DNA of 64,000 nt from positions 14,322,001 through 14,386,000 of the forward strand of contig CDPCPM010000026.1 of NCBI GenBank assembly GCA_976551045.1, read 5' to 3'. This DNA is from Glaucostegus cemiculus. Lineage: Eukaryota. Position numbers and translations under genes: made by a program. Positions within the stretch are counted from its first letter, which is position 1. Each line of letters starts with the position of its first letter. This document shows positions 1 through 12,460 of the stretch, in pieces. The notes under the pieces were generated by a model, which was not told the origin of the DNA, ran no database searches, and saw nothing but the letters and a program-made list of their open reading frames with translations.

Positions 1-250
1 CATGGTTGGAGAATAAGGGGTAGGATGTTTAGGACTAACAGGAAACATTTCTTCACACAATGGTGAACCTTTGGAATTCTCTACCCCAGATGGTTGTGGA
101 GGGTCAAAACTGATAGCAGGGAATCTAGGCTTACGGAGTTCAGTGTTGGAAAATGACATTGAGTAGATTACCCATGACCTTGATAATGGCAGAGCAGACT
201 CAAAGGTCTAGGTGGCCTACTCCTGCTCCTATTTCTTAAGTGCTTATGTT
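1..250 (+). mobile_element. CR1 LINE 3' end fragment (degraded)
   Basis: 'ttcttcacacaatggtgaacctttggaattctctacccca' matches the FFTQRVVNLWNSLP-type C-terminus of CR1 ORF2. It is followed by the CR1 3' UTR 'ggcctactcctgctcctatttctt...cttatg'. Confidence 0.75.
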
Positions 251-1049
251 TTTATTCTGCTTTTGAACTCTACATTTTCCTCCTGTAAACTGTGGCCTTA
301 TTTGTACTTTGCCTTGAATGAATTCTTTTGCATTCCTTAATGCCGTCATCATAGACATCCTGATATGGCATGCAAGATTATACGTGAGATTCTGTACGTT
401 TCATAAGTTTAGCAAAATTTGCTCAGTGATTAAACCATAAACAAACGTCCTGCAGCACATGGTACATGGGGGCAGAAAACCGCAGTGCTGAGACAAGTCC
501 TTTAGTGAGACAATATGCTCACTGACAACCTCAGTTGCAAATTCCAAATTTATAGATCTCCACAGTTTCTGACTGTTTATTATAGAAATAATCCTGTACT
601 GTTTCAATAAACAAAACATCTTTAGCCTTCCATGGAGTTAAAAGATTTCCTAATATGGTATATGTTTTGGAATCTATTTAAATTAGAAGCACAACTTTCT
701 TATGCTCTTGTATAGCATGATTTTCTACAGGCACAATCTAACCATCAAGTTTCACCACGCTACTTGCTACAATTAACATTTCCATGTATTCTACATATAG
801 TTGAAAGATTCACACACATGAGCGAATACACCAAGGCTTCCATTGTTATCGGCTTCAGACTTAGCAGCCGTTTAGTCCTATTCCTATCCTACACTGATAC
901 AGTCTCTAGTCAAAGACTATCACAAACCATGTTACTATTTAACCTGTGCTTCTTATCCAATTACTTTTGTTTCTCGCACCACAGTACTTGTTATGGACTT
1001 CTCTGCATAAAACAAATCTCTGCATAAAAGTTAAAACAAGTACCACAGG

Positions 1050-1334
1050 ACCATAGAACCATAGAACAGTACAGCACAAAACAGGCCCTTCGGCCCACCA
1101 AGTTGTGCCGTCCATCAAACTTCACATGATCTAACTCTTTCCTCCCACATATCCCTCTATTCCACATTCCTCAATATGCTTATCTAACAATCTCTTGAAC
1201 CTGTCCAATGTATCTACCTCCACCACCACCCCAGGAAGCACATTCCATGCGCCAACCACTCTCTGGGTGAAAAACTTCCCTCTGACATCTCCCCTGAACT
1301 TCCCACCCATAACCTTAAAGCCATGCCCTCTCGT
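1050..1334 (-). mobile_element. CR1 LINE 3' end, 5'-truncated, same subfamily as 17901-18398
   Basis: Begins with the tail repeat 'accatagaaccatagaac' and 'acaggcccttcggccca'. Long near-identical stretches to 17901-18185, e.g. 'ccaaccactctctgggtgaaaaacttccctctgacatctcccct'. Confidence 0.9.
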
Positions 1335-1924
1335 AGCTCCAGGTTTCCAAACTCACCAGGAACTGTTCCCTCATTCTTGTCAAAAACTCAAAATTTTACT
1401 TCCTTCTGTCACCTTGCCACCAATTTGTATCATATCTGCATGTGCAATCATCCTTACTTCTAATTCAGTTAATGTAGAAAATACAGAGAAAAGGAAGAGT
1501 TACTGGAACATATACAACTGATTTTATAATTCTCCAACTCCACTGTGCATGTGCACATATATCCTACGCATATATCATACACTTATATATACTACAGTTC
1601 CCGAATGTCTCCTCGAAGGAAGCAGTTTGCTTAAACACTGCTGGCTTCTGACCAAGTACTGATGCATAATGGCCTGCAGAATATCATCAGGTGGTTTACA
1701 GTTGCTTCCGATGTAAGCTACCTGCCAGTTCCCAACCACAGTTGCCCCTTAAGCTTCTATATGGCTTGCAGAAATTCAGAATTGGCATACCATTATGGGT
1801 GACTCGGTCCAAATTTATTAAGAAGGTAATGATACAAATATAGCAGGAAATTGAAGAGTTAAAAGCTTTATTCAAGTTACAATTCCTTTAGCAACACAAC
1901 ACATTAAAAGCACTAAAAATTTAA

Positions 1925-2700
1925 AAAAACTACAGATGCCAGAAATTTGAAATAAAAATAGAAAATACTGGAAAATTCAATAGATGGAGCAACATGTCTG
2001 GAAAGAGAAATAGCATTTCAGATTGGAACTCCTTTTCAGAATTGGGAAAGAGAGAAAATGAATTAGTTTTAAGTTGCTAAGAAGTTAGGGGAGGGATAAA
2101 GGGAATCTTTCCAATAGGATGAGGCCAGGCTTGTCTTGGGGATTGATGAAGTAATTTGGTTAACAGGTTAAAGGGAACAAAGACATGTAAAAACTGAGAG
2201 ATGAGAGAAAGAAAAAAAGAAACAAAAAATGTAAAAGCTACAAAGTGCAGACTTGTAAAAAATGTCAACTTGTCAGGACTGACTGGCGGAAAGAGAAAAA
2301 CTGAGCTAATATTACTGATGTATGACCTACAGCGGAAATGGCCAGTTCTGGTGCAATGGGTCTTGATCTAGTAGAATTCAGTGTTCTGTCCAGAAGGCTA
2401 CAGGCTGCCCAGAAAAAAGATGAGATGTTGTTCATCAAGCTTACATTGGGCCTCCTTTTAACAGTTCAGGAGGCCACAGACATTAGAGTTGGGGTGGGAT
2501 GGAAATTAAAGTGGCAAGCCATAGGAGTGTCAGGGTTACCCCTAAGGACTGAACACCAGTGTTCCACAAAGTGATCACTCAATCTGCTTTCAGATTCCAA
2601 TGCAGAGGAGACTACATTTTGAACACTGAATGTGGTACATTGGTGCATAGATCGGAAGAAGTACAAATCATTTGCTGCAGGTGCAAAATGAATGCAGTTG
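1925..2700 (-). mobile_element. Penelope-like element: GIY-YIG endonuclease remnant plus pseudo-LTR
   Basis: ORF 2466..2666 reads SRLSDHFVEHWCSVLRGNPDTPMACHFN; another frame gives KEAQCKLDEQHLIFFLG. Both match the GIY-YIG consensus RRLGDRFAEHLRSV..PVA.HFN...RKLEEQHLIFRLG. The pLTR block 'cagatgccagaaatttgaaataaaaatagaaaatactgg' lies at ~1933. Confidence 0.8.
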
Positions 2701-3019
2701 CAGATGAATCATTCACCAATGCACCCTCCCAACAGGTTTTCCTGTATAATCCTATACTTTATTTAATTTTTTATATTCCCTGTGATTTCTATTGGAAACC
2801 AGGTTGGGATTACAGTACAGTGTTTTGTTTATTTTATTTAAAAATCAAAATTATTTTCCATCCCACCTGTTAAAATGAAAAAAAAGGCCAGTAAAAAAAA
2901 CAATGATTTATTTTCTTCACTTAAGTCAACTTAATATGAACCAGTGTAAAATGAAATCCCCAAAAAAATGTTCAGCTCACATGACAATGTTGCAGCCACC
3001 AACCTCAACTGTGCCCCAC

Positions 3020-3750
3020 CACCTTGACAGCATCCCAAGGTAAAGAACTGCAGCTGATTAAATGAACTCTGTTTCACTTCTTTGCCCCTATGACGTCTAA
3101 CATCGTTACAGTGGTCCGTCTTTAAGCACTGTCCCTTCTCTTCAACTCTGCCATCATTATCCGCTCCTCAAAATGTAACACCCTTGACTCCTCCTTGGAA
3201 ACTATCATCCAGTCTCCCTTCTCATTTCAAAGGATGTTGTCACCCCAAGCACATGCTCAACTTTTAGAGATTCCTTGTCTGAATCTGTACAATTAAGTTT
3301 CTGTCCCTGCCAGAGCAGCAATGCAGTTCCTGCCAGTCACTAATAACATCCTGCATGATCATGACAAAGATAATGCATCCCTCTTTGTTTCTTATCACAT
3401 TTCTGACATGATTGATCATACATTCCATCCTGCTGGGGTCCGGAGTGTGGGATCACATTCACCTAACCAGATTCTTACCTAATTAATCACCTGCAGTGGC
3501 CTCTCTTCCTGCACTCACACCATTAAGTCTGTTGTCTGCACAGGATCTATTCTTTGTCCCTTTCTACTTTACACCTAAATGCTGCTCCTCAGCAAATTCA
3601 TCCAAAACACAGTGCCAATTTCTACACATTCAGCTCTGTTTCACCACCACTTCTCTTGTTCATTCACTTTCTAAATGGTCAGATTTTGTATCTGATATTT
3701 AGTATTGGATAAGCAGAAATTTCATCCAACTAGATATTGGAATGGTTGAA
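3020..3750 (+). mobile_element. Highly degraded L2-type LINE RT remnant
   Basis: Pyrimidine-rich segment with remnants of NY.P.S.LPFLSK ('ggaaactatcatccagtctcccttctc') and a W...NFLQLN-like piece ('tggataagcagaaatttcatccaactag'). Confidence 0.4.
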
Positions 3751-5261
3751 GCCATTGGATAAAAATGTACACTCGCTCTGATACATGATACATGATTTTG
3801 TAGAGAATGTGTGTTGTGATTGGCTTCCATTGAAGGAAATCGAACTATATTTTGGAATTGCATTTCAATGGTCATATGTTACTATAATGTATGTTTATCC
3901 CATGTAATCATGGATGATATCTTTAGTTCATATAAACTCTGTTCCTCAGCTACTGATCCTGCACCTTGGCCTGGTATCCATATCAAACTGAACTGGACCA
4001 TTTTAACAATCTGAACCTCAGATGAGATTTGGACCATATATCCAAGCCTCCACCGAGATTGCTAATTGACAAGTTTTGCCCAGGATGAAAGTAAAGAAAG
4101 GTTTGTCAACTGGCCGACCATGACCTTGGCTTAACTGAAACTATCAAAGGTGACAAAACAGTAAAACACTTTGAAACCATAAAAATCCAACCCATTGAAA
4201 CCTTCATCAATAGAATAACCTGTGCACTGTTTGTGGTTTGCAGCAATTCTGATATTCCATGGGCATTGCACAGCTAAAACCATAGGCTGACAGCACAGAG
4301 ATTTAGTTAGCATGATGGTGAGTAATTGTGTTCATGTGATCACTTATGCTTTATTTCTTTGTATTTGATTTTACTCCACCAGTTGAAAAATGATACATAT
4401 GCTACTTTTAGATTCTTTTTCCTGAGTAGGTTTCAATGCAGTATTTCAGTGTCTCTTCACATTATAATTGAAGTTATTTTTCAGTTCTTGATAACATAGC
4501 CAGGCAGGACATAAAATACATTATTGTACAAGTGTCAGAATTAAGCTATCACTTTGTGATTGACAAGCCACGTGGAATGTCAAAGGAAGCACATTTTATC
4601 AAGAAGTACTATCATCTGATATCACTATCCATAAAAAGAGATGAATGTAATTGCACTCATGTAAATATTAAGAATTGCATTCATATAGCCATTTTCCAAG
4701 AAACAGAACAGCAATCAGTTTAAAGGCAGATACCACTGAGATGAGGGTGGCTCTTTATTGATATATTTAGCTGCACAGAATTTGGATGCCTATAATATAT
4801 ATGCAGCTGAAGCTTATCTTTGTGTGTAGGAGTTCAGCTGCAGAGATTTTGCAAAGCTTCTGTTTGCTTTAAGTAATAGTGAGCTGGACCTTCTTTTTGA
4901 ATTACAGAAACAAGCAAATGCCTGCCAATTAACTACATAGAGGTGAAGGCAAAATCTGTGGAACAGCTGTTACTTGGTCTCTTAACCAGATGTATATGTC
5001 CCATATCCTTAACTTGTAGCCCTAGAGCAATAAAAAAAGAGAAAATCCTCTTTCCCAGCAAATCCAATACTTTGCATAAATGACTGTTCAAAGTTTGATT
5101 TAGAGAGGTATGGTCACACTAAGCTATTTATTTTATGCTTGGATGAAGAGTGGGTCATAATTTGTTGTAACAAGGACCTAATGGAATTTGCTATTAGTTA
5201 GATTTGCCTTTTCATTTTTGGAATTTTTTAGTTTTCTTTGTGTGCAGCTTAGTATAAGGAA

Positions 5262-5625
5262 CCATTGTAGTTAGGTTACTAGACCAATATTCAATGACCA
5301 AGAATATTATCCTGAGCTCCTGAGTTTGATTTCCACCATAGCAGCCAGAGAATTTAAAATCAAATAATTAAATGAATCTGGAATTAAAAGTTCATGCTGG
5401 TCATAAAATAACCTTGCAATAAAATCTCATTTGGTTCACTAATATCCTCCAGGGAGTGAAATCTGTCATTCCTTCCCAGTCTGGCCCATGTGCATCCAGA
5501 CTCAGAGCAAAGTGTCTGGTTATTAATTAAAATAATTAAGAAAGCCACCCAGTTTTAGGCCAGAAAGGAACGGGCAATAAAGGCTTCCTTGGTCAATGAT
5601 TCCCACATTCCACAGGTGAACAAAC
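5262..5625 (+). mobile_element. tRNA-headed SINE-like element sharing head and tail with the CR1-clade LINE family at 62960-64000
   Basis: B-box-like 'gagtttgatttccacc'. Body 'ggttcactaatatcctccagggagtgaaatctgtcattccttcccagtctggcc' resembles 63100-63155. 3' tail 'gggcaataaaggcttccttgg...cccacattcc' resembles 18520-18560 and 21410-21450. Confidence 0.65.
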
Positions 5626-5689
5626 AAACTTGTTGAAAGTGTGACTTGATGATAAGACAGTGAGGTAAACAAAGTTTGTTGTCTTATAA

Positions 5690-5938
5690 AAAAAATGCAG
5701 TTGCTGGAAAACCCTAGACAAATTCAGCAGGTCAGGCAGCATCATGAAAAGGGAAAGAGAGATAACAATGCAGGTTTTAGATCTTCATCACAAAGGGATA
5801 GAGAGAAAACAAGCTGGGCTTCAGTTGCAGAGTGTGGGGGAAAAAAGGAAAGGAAGAAAGGGAATATCATTGATAGGATGATATCAGGGTTGCTGTGGAA
5901 TAGCTGAAGTCATTTGGTTGACTTCAGCTATTCCACAG
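5690..5938 (-). mobile_element. Penelope-like pseudo-LTR ending in a perfect fold-back hairpin
   Basis: Contains the family block 'cagcaggtcaggcagcatc'. Ends in a 20-bp perfect inverted repeat, 5893-5912/5919-5938. Confidence 0.7.
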
Positions 5939-5954
5939 GGACTGTGTATTAATG

Positions 5955-6790
5955 CTTTATTCTTCCATCACTTTACTAATGACTGAGAGTGAACTGATTG
6001 GGCAGTAATTAGCCAGATTAGATTTGTCTTTTTTTTTGTGAATGGGACTTACCTGGGCAATTTTCCACGGCACTAGGTCAATGTAGTGTTGTAACTGTAC
6101 ATAAACAGTTTGGTTAGAGGCAACAGCTAGTTCTGAAGCACAGGTCTTCAGTACCACAGCTGGGATGTTGTCTAGTCCTGTGCCCTTTGCTGTATCCAGT
6201 GCCCTCAGTAATTTCCTGATATCTCTTGGAATGAATCAAACTGGCCAGGGACTAGTATCAATGACAGTGGAGATCTCAGGAGGAAGCTGAGATAGATCAT
6301 GTATTCCACACTCCTGGCTGAATGTGGTTGCAAATTCTTCAGCCTTTTCTTTAGCACACACATGCTGGGCCTCACTGTTGTTGAGGATGAAGATATTCTG
6401 TGAGCCTTCTTCTCCCACTAACAGTTTAATTATCCCATCAGCACTCACAATTTGATGTGGTAGGACTGTAGTTTTGATCTGATTTGTTGGTTGTGAGATC
6501 ACTTAGATCTGTCTGTTGCATGCTATTGTTGTTTGGAATGCAAGTAGTCCATATTGCAGGCTCACAGTTTTAGATTGGCTTGGTGCTACTCCTGGCATTC
6601 AGTTCTACACACCTCATTAAACTTTGGTTCATCCCCTAGCTTTGTTGTAATGGTAGAGTGAGGGATACACTAAGCCGCGAGGTTACAGATTGTGGTGGTG
6701 TTCATTTCTGTGGCTGCTGACTATCCCCAGTACTTCATGAATGCCCAGCTTTGTGGTGTCAGATCTGTTCTCAGACTGTCTCCAGCATTT
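5955..6790 (-). mobile_element. CR1-clade LINE ORF2 internal fragment (pre-RT region)
   Basis: ORF 5957..6157 VLKTCASELA...WKIAQVSPIHKKKDKSNLANYCPISSLSVISKVME is RT domain 0/1 (W..A.V.P.HK....NYRPISLL). ORF 6236..6502 contains AKEKAEEFATTFSQEC. Confidence 0.88.
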
Positions 6791-6799
6791 CTTTTTATT

Positions 6800-7180
6800 A
6801 TGGGATTTCAGCTATGTTATGAATCTTACTGTTTTAGCTTGGTTTGTTTTTCTTTCTCTCTCCTCTATCCTCACTCACCTGCCTCTATTTGCATCTTTTC
6901 CAAACAGATCAGCTGTGATTTACATGTCTTCACCGCCTTCTCTCAAATGGTACCCAACAGCAATTTTGTCATTTGAATCCTCCAGGTCTCTTTCCTGACA
7001 TAGAATTTCCCCTTGTTTGCTCTGCTCCTCCCCATTCCTTCAACTTAAAACAGACAGGTTTTCTCATTTTTCCAGTTCTGATGAAATGTCATTGTTCTGA
7101 AACGGTAAACCTGTTTCCCTCTACATAGATGCTGCCTGACCTCCTGAGTATCTCCAGCATTTTCTCTTATTTCAGATTTA
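6800..7180 (+). mobile_element. Penelope-like pseudo-LTR with degenerate minimal hammerhead ribozyme (7073-7113)
   Basis: 'cagtt-CTGATGA-aatgtcattgttct-GAAAC-ggtaaacctg' followed by the family block 'gatgctgcctgacctcctgagtatctccagcatttt'. Inverted relative to 5690-5938. Confidence 0.7.
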
Positions 7181-7630
7181 GAGTCACACAGTTGTCGAGC
7201 ACAGAACAGGGTCCTACAGCCCATCATGTCCATGCTGACCTTTTTGCCCATCTACACCAATCCCGTTTGCCCACATCAAAACCATGTCCTTCTATATCTT
7301 GTCTGTTTAAGTGCCAAAGTTTTATGGATTTTTTAATGTGTTTAGAGTCCCATTCAACTCCTTTATCCCCACAGCCTTGTGCAATTTGCTTCGATACAAG
7401 TATTTATCCATTTTGCTTTTGAGTTACAATTAAATCTGCATCACCACACTTATAGGCAGATTACAATAACTCACTGTGTAAGAAATGATGCCTCATCTCG
7501 CTTCTGGTTCCTTTGCCATTTACTTTGGTTATCAATGCTTCTGTCACTGGAAACATCCCCTTATTTACTCTATCAAAACTATTAATGTTTTTTGAATACT
7601 TCTATCAAATTTCCTCTTTGTTCTAGCATT
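7180..7630 (-). mobile_element. Degraded CR1 3' end fragments
   Basis: CR1 3'-UTR-like tail 'gcacagaacagggtcctacagcccatcatgtccatgc', with further CR1-like pieces such as 'ataactcactgtgtaagaaa'. Confidence 0.5.
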
Positions 7631-10075
7631 ATTCAGTCGTTTAATTGATAGTAGTGTCCATCATATCACAGCTGAATTTCGACTGCAGTTAGACACCAAC
7701 ATGCTGCTGTCAATGAGAAAGGAAGGATGGATTGTTTCGTTGTGAAATGTTTAGATGCAAGCCATATATCTGAAGTGTCCATCAAGCTGGAGAAATGTCA
7801 GGGTTTTCCAGTATGCAGCAAGTAACGGCTGTGGTTACTGTCCTCTGGAGAAGGGCATGACAACGTGCATATAAGAGGAAATTTCTTATTATGCCTGCTT
7901 AATTAGGGCATTCCCTAATTTACTGTATTTATGAAATATATAAAATGGGATGGACTCTTTAAAGGATGTTTCTCACAGAATAGAGTGCTTCACCGGCAAG
8001 AAGTTTCATCTAACATTCTTGCCAAAATAAAACAAAGCTCACAATCAATCAGAACCAAAAGTGACGGACAATTGTAACTAAGATTGGAATCAAAGCTTTA
8101 TCATTTTCTTCCCAGGGACACTTTTTAACATTGATGTGGGCTAATAAAGATATGTATATTGCAAAATAGAGCATAATTATACTAAAAAGAGTAAACACGA
8201 CAGGAAATTAAAGCCAAACAAAGCTTAAAAAGCTTCTTTACATTCTGAACATTGGATTTAAATATCACCTCACTGCCTGGGAAGACACATTCTATTCTAT
8301 TAATGACGACAGCAGCAGAGAGCTTTAGTGGATTTTTTTAAACAAAATGAAGTGCAAGCTCCACAAAAGCTTTCAAGAAACACTAATTGGAAATACCTAG
8401 CTAATGCCAGCAAGTCAAACAGAGGAAACATTAAGTTATTATTTTTAATAATGTTTACAAGTATATACAGCCTTTTTCCACCTAGTGAAAAATGTTAGCC
8501 TTGGCAAAATGTGGCAGTGCAACTTTTCACTGGTGACGCTGCTCATCTTCTCTCTGATAGCAATCATTAGTTTTATTTTTTAACCCAGTCTTCAAATGAA
8601 GACAGATGAGAAGCCGAGTTTTAAACGCACAGTGTTTATGTACAGGAAAAATGGCTGCAAGATTACAAAGTAGGGTGTTTAAAGGCCGTCCTAATGCTAC
8701 GGAAGAGTATTCTTCAAAAATAACCAGTACAGCTGCTCAAGGACAAGGCTGTATTAAAGCAAGTGGAAAAAAATTGTAATTTAAAGCAGCACTACAACTG
8801 AGAAATTCAGGAGGTTCTAGTGCAGTGAATCAATATATAATTAATACATAATTTCAATTAAAATAAAACAATATCCTTTCACTTTTATAATATTCATATG
8901 GTACATCATAAGAAAGTTCATTTTGTGTCTAATTTTACAAGGTTACAGCAACTGAAGTTTCATCTGAATGCTGTTCACACCTCGTTTAATTGTGAGATCC
9001 CTGGCCAGCAGTTAATTTTATAATCTGTTCTCTGACCTGTGGACACCTGAGCACCATTCACACTTCAGCCTCTCATGCCAATCAGCTTTTTTTCCCATTC
9101 TCCTGTTTTTGACCTGTTGTGCTATATTTCTGCAATGTTCAGTCTGTGATTTAATCAACTCTCATCCTTTTTTTTGCTTTCTGCTCTTTATTTCTATAAT
9201 CTGATTGGCAGAACACAGCCCACTGATGTCATCAGGTTTGTTTGAAAATTGGTAATTAGTGTATACATTACAGTTCCTTCCCCCCAAAACACAAATTTAG
9301 CTCTTTAAACGAGTAGCTCTAACCTAGTTCCTTTTAAATTATGGTCACATCAAAACATTGATGCCTGTAATCCAGCTCCAGCCACTTAAGAGGTCAAAGG
9401 CTCTGAAATCTGCAAATACTCCAAACAACATTTACGATTCTCGCTGATCACCTATGAAGGTAATTGGTGTTAAATATGAGCTGAGCCCTCAGTTCAAACA
9501 TGCCTTCAGACCTCAGCTTTCTTAATTATTTCTTCTGGAGAGTTTACTGATTCCAACGCATTTCCTATGTGTCTCCCACATCCTTGCAGTCTGCTGAGGA
9601 ACCAGCAAAGAATCTTCAAAAGTAAATGTAGGCAACTGAAAAAAAGCATATTTGATCTTCTCGGGGTTAACAATGTTTATATCCTGATGATGTAGTGGCT
9701 TACTTCCAACTTTGTAATCATGCATTTAACATTCTTAAATAACAAACTCCTGAACTCTTTCCACTTTGTTCTCTTTTATCTGGGATTCCAGCAAGATCAA
9801 ATGGATAGCTCCTGAAAATGCATAATGAGATGATGACGTGGGCTTAACCCATACAGGATGTTAATAAAATTTGTGCTCTGACCTCATTATCATGATTTCA
9901 GCAACCAAGCAGTGTTAACCATGTTGTCGATTACCTTAACACAACATCAATGGGGTCAATTTTGTGAGTGGTTAGCACCAGTTGAAGCTTGCCAGTACTG
10001 ATTGAAACCATACTTAGACCTCTTATCAGTGTGTGCTTTGTGGTGGAATTCACTCTAGAGGATTTGGCAGCTTCA

Positions 10076-10570
10076 TGGAAAAGGGTGAAAGTGAATGTCC
10101 CAGTTTACCACAGCTCTGGAAGTCTAGGGTAACAAGATGAGAAGAAGAGACACACTAAGCAGATCATCAAGTGGTAATGAGAGGAAATAATAATGGAGGT
10201 TTATGCCAGGATTTAAACCACATGAGTGCAAACTGTAAGAAGTTTAATAACCTCACTTGAAATTATAAATCCCACCTTCCATCAACTACACATAAACTAG
10301 CCTTATCCCCTTTACTATAAACCACACCTCCATCACTCACCTATCAACAATCTTCATCAGGCAGGTCTGGGAACACATATCCAACCATGCCCTCACACGT
10401 TAAATATCACTCCTAGCCCCTCAGCTACCTCATAGTTTTGGCACACCACTAGTTATTCAATTATGGCAGGTACACCACCTCAACACATTGCAGAATACTC
10501 ATTAACACATTTACCTCTTCCTTGTGAGAGAAGGTGGCACATAACCAGCAATAATCTGTCAGGGGAAACC
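10076..10570 (+). mobile_element. PIF/Harbinger ORF2 (Myb/SANT-like) pseudogene remnant, two exon-like pieces
   Basis: Translates as EEIIMEVYARI...CKKFNNLT (cf. W.EIA.EVNAR...QCRKKFNDL). After an intron-like spacer, EKVAHNQQ at ~10527 (cf. EK.AHN.RE..RTGGG). Frameshifts and stops are present. Confidence 0.55.
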
Positions 10571-10599
10571 GTTGGTCTCTCATGCCTTCAAGATCATGG

Positions 10600-10775
10600 A
10601 CTGAGCCTCCATAAATCTCTTGGGTTCACATATCCAAAGATTCACTGCTCTGTAGTTGAATAAATTTCCTCTCATTCAGTCCTGAATGCCAACCCCTTAT
10701 TTTGAGACTGTTACCCCTTGCTCCAGACGTCCGGGCCAGTGAAGTATCATCGCTGCATCGACCCTGTCAAGCCCC
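10600..10775 (-). mobile_element. CR1 ORF2 3' fragment
   Basis: 'tccaaagattcactgctctg...aaatttcctctcattcagtcctgaatgccaaccccttattttgagactgttacccc' is the reverse complement of RGHSLKIRG..FRTE.R.NFF.QRVVNLW. Confidence 0.65.
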
Positions 10776-12149
10776 GGATGGGATGGGTGTAAGTAAACAA
10801 ACTTGAATAGATTATCTCAGAGCAGGCTATTTTGATTTTGAATTGCCAAAAGTTCCTGTGGTGAAGAGACCCCATGTTTTTGAGATCTCATCCTTAATTG
10901 AGTTTAGTAGGTGAACTAAGATATGATCCAGTACAGCTCCACAAACTGAGATCTTAAAATTGGAGTGAGAAGGCCATGAGTGTGTGGTTGCGAGGTATGG
11001 GGCTGGGGTGCCAACAGGACAGATGGTGTGTCTGGTCTCAGGTACCATTCAACATTTAGCTTTGGCAGGCTGCTGGAACTGGCCAGAACTGAAACTCACA
11101 TGCTATCCTAACCATCACATCATCATCAGCTCCCAATATCCTAGACATATCCTAGGATACTGATTTCAATAATTAACCCCCCCCTCCTCCCACTCAACTT
11201 AGCAGGAATGGGGTGAACAGTTCTTCCATCCTGTTTTCACGTGGCTACCAGCTCTAGTTGGGAGCCCCAAAAAATGTCATCTCAATGACTTCATGTAACA
11301 GAAATAGTGGGAGAATTACAATTGGCCTCAGTGATCTCAGGCTCAGGAGTAGAAAAAAATCAATTCGGATTATCATTCATAAGGAGCTATTATGCTCTCT
11401 GATATTCATGCCAATACCATAGGGGCCTGCCACACAGGTCTTGTACAGCCAACTGCAATCCAAGTTATGAAAACAGCTGTAATCATTGCCCAGTAATCCC
11501 CCTGGAAACTGCACATGCAGGGATGGCAGTGAGCACAGCTCAGATATGATGGCCTTGTCTCCATGATCAGTTACTCTGCCAATGCTCGAGGCTCAGTTTC
11601 AGTGCCTGGAATTGACAGGTTTCTCGAAATATTTGGATAGGGTGGACAGAAAATTAGGCATGGTAGTATTACACTACATCATCAGCCATTTATCTGAGTA
11701 TTTATATGCGTGTTGTGCCCAGGTAATCTAGTATATCTGGATTTTATAAATGTATAATCTTACAGGTCAAAGTGCATCCCAGTAATGGAACTCACATAGT
11801 TTTCCTTCCATGTAAGAGAGCAATGAGCAACTGGGAGAAGGGCTGGCATAGGAACAATGTCACATTTAATAAGGATGAAACTATTACAAAAAGATGTTCA
11901 TTTACCATTTGCATTATTTAGATCTGATTACAATATTAATGAACCTGGTGGCAACAGAATTTTACTGAGCTGCCTGGAGATAGTCAAAATAGAAATAAAG
12001 ACAACAAATGTAATAGAAGGAGCAAATCTTAAATGGAAATAAAAACCAAGACAGATGCAAAGCAGGCAGCTAGTCCCTGAGATGCATTTTACACTGCAGC
12101 ACCAAGTTAAGATCCAGCCAAAGATATTTAGGTAAAACATTGTGCACTC

Positions 12150-12460
12150 CTGCCAGAGGTGGAAATGACAAGAATTCCTGCTCATCCAAGGCAGTTCTGT
12201 GACCAGACTTATTACAGCAGTTATCTATTGAATGCCCACTACTCCAGGTAACCATAGACACCTGAAATGCCAGTGCAGCCTATGGGTATGCTGGAATGGG
12301 GTTGATGCAATATAACAATGACTCTGTCAGAGCAACAGCCTGAAGCTTGAACCGTAAAAACTGGCCAGTGCATAATCTGGTAATGTGTCACGCACTGCTC
12401 CTCTCCTGAAGTTAGGCTCAAGCAGGTCTTATGGCTGAGAGGGATTGTGTTTGGGATCAG
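12150..12460 (-). mobile_element. Very degraded Harbinger transposase N-terminal remnant
   Basis: Minus-strand pieces LSLTSGEEQCV (cf. YL.LSEEQC.RRLR) and EFLSFP (cf. FI.FP) occur in the expected order. Confidence 0.3.

Noticed and set aside
9590-9621. Putative 32-nt microexon (ccttgcag|...|gtaaat)
   Set aside because: It is not frame-preserving, the donor is weak, and no partner exons were identified.
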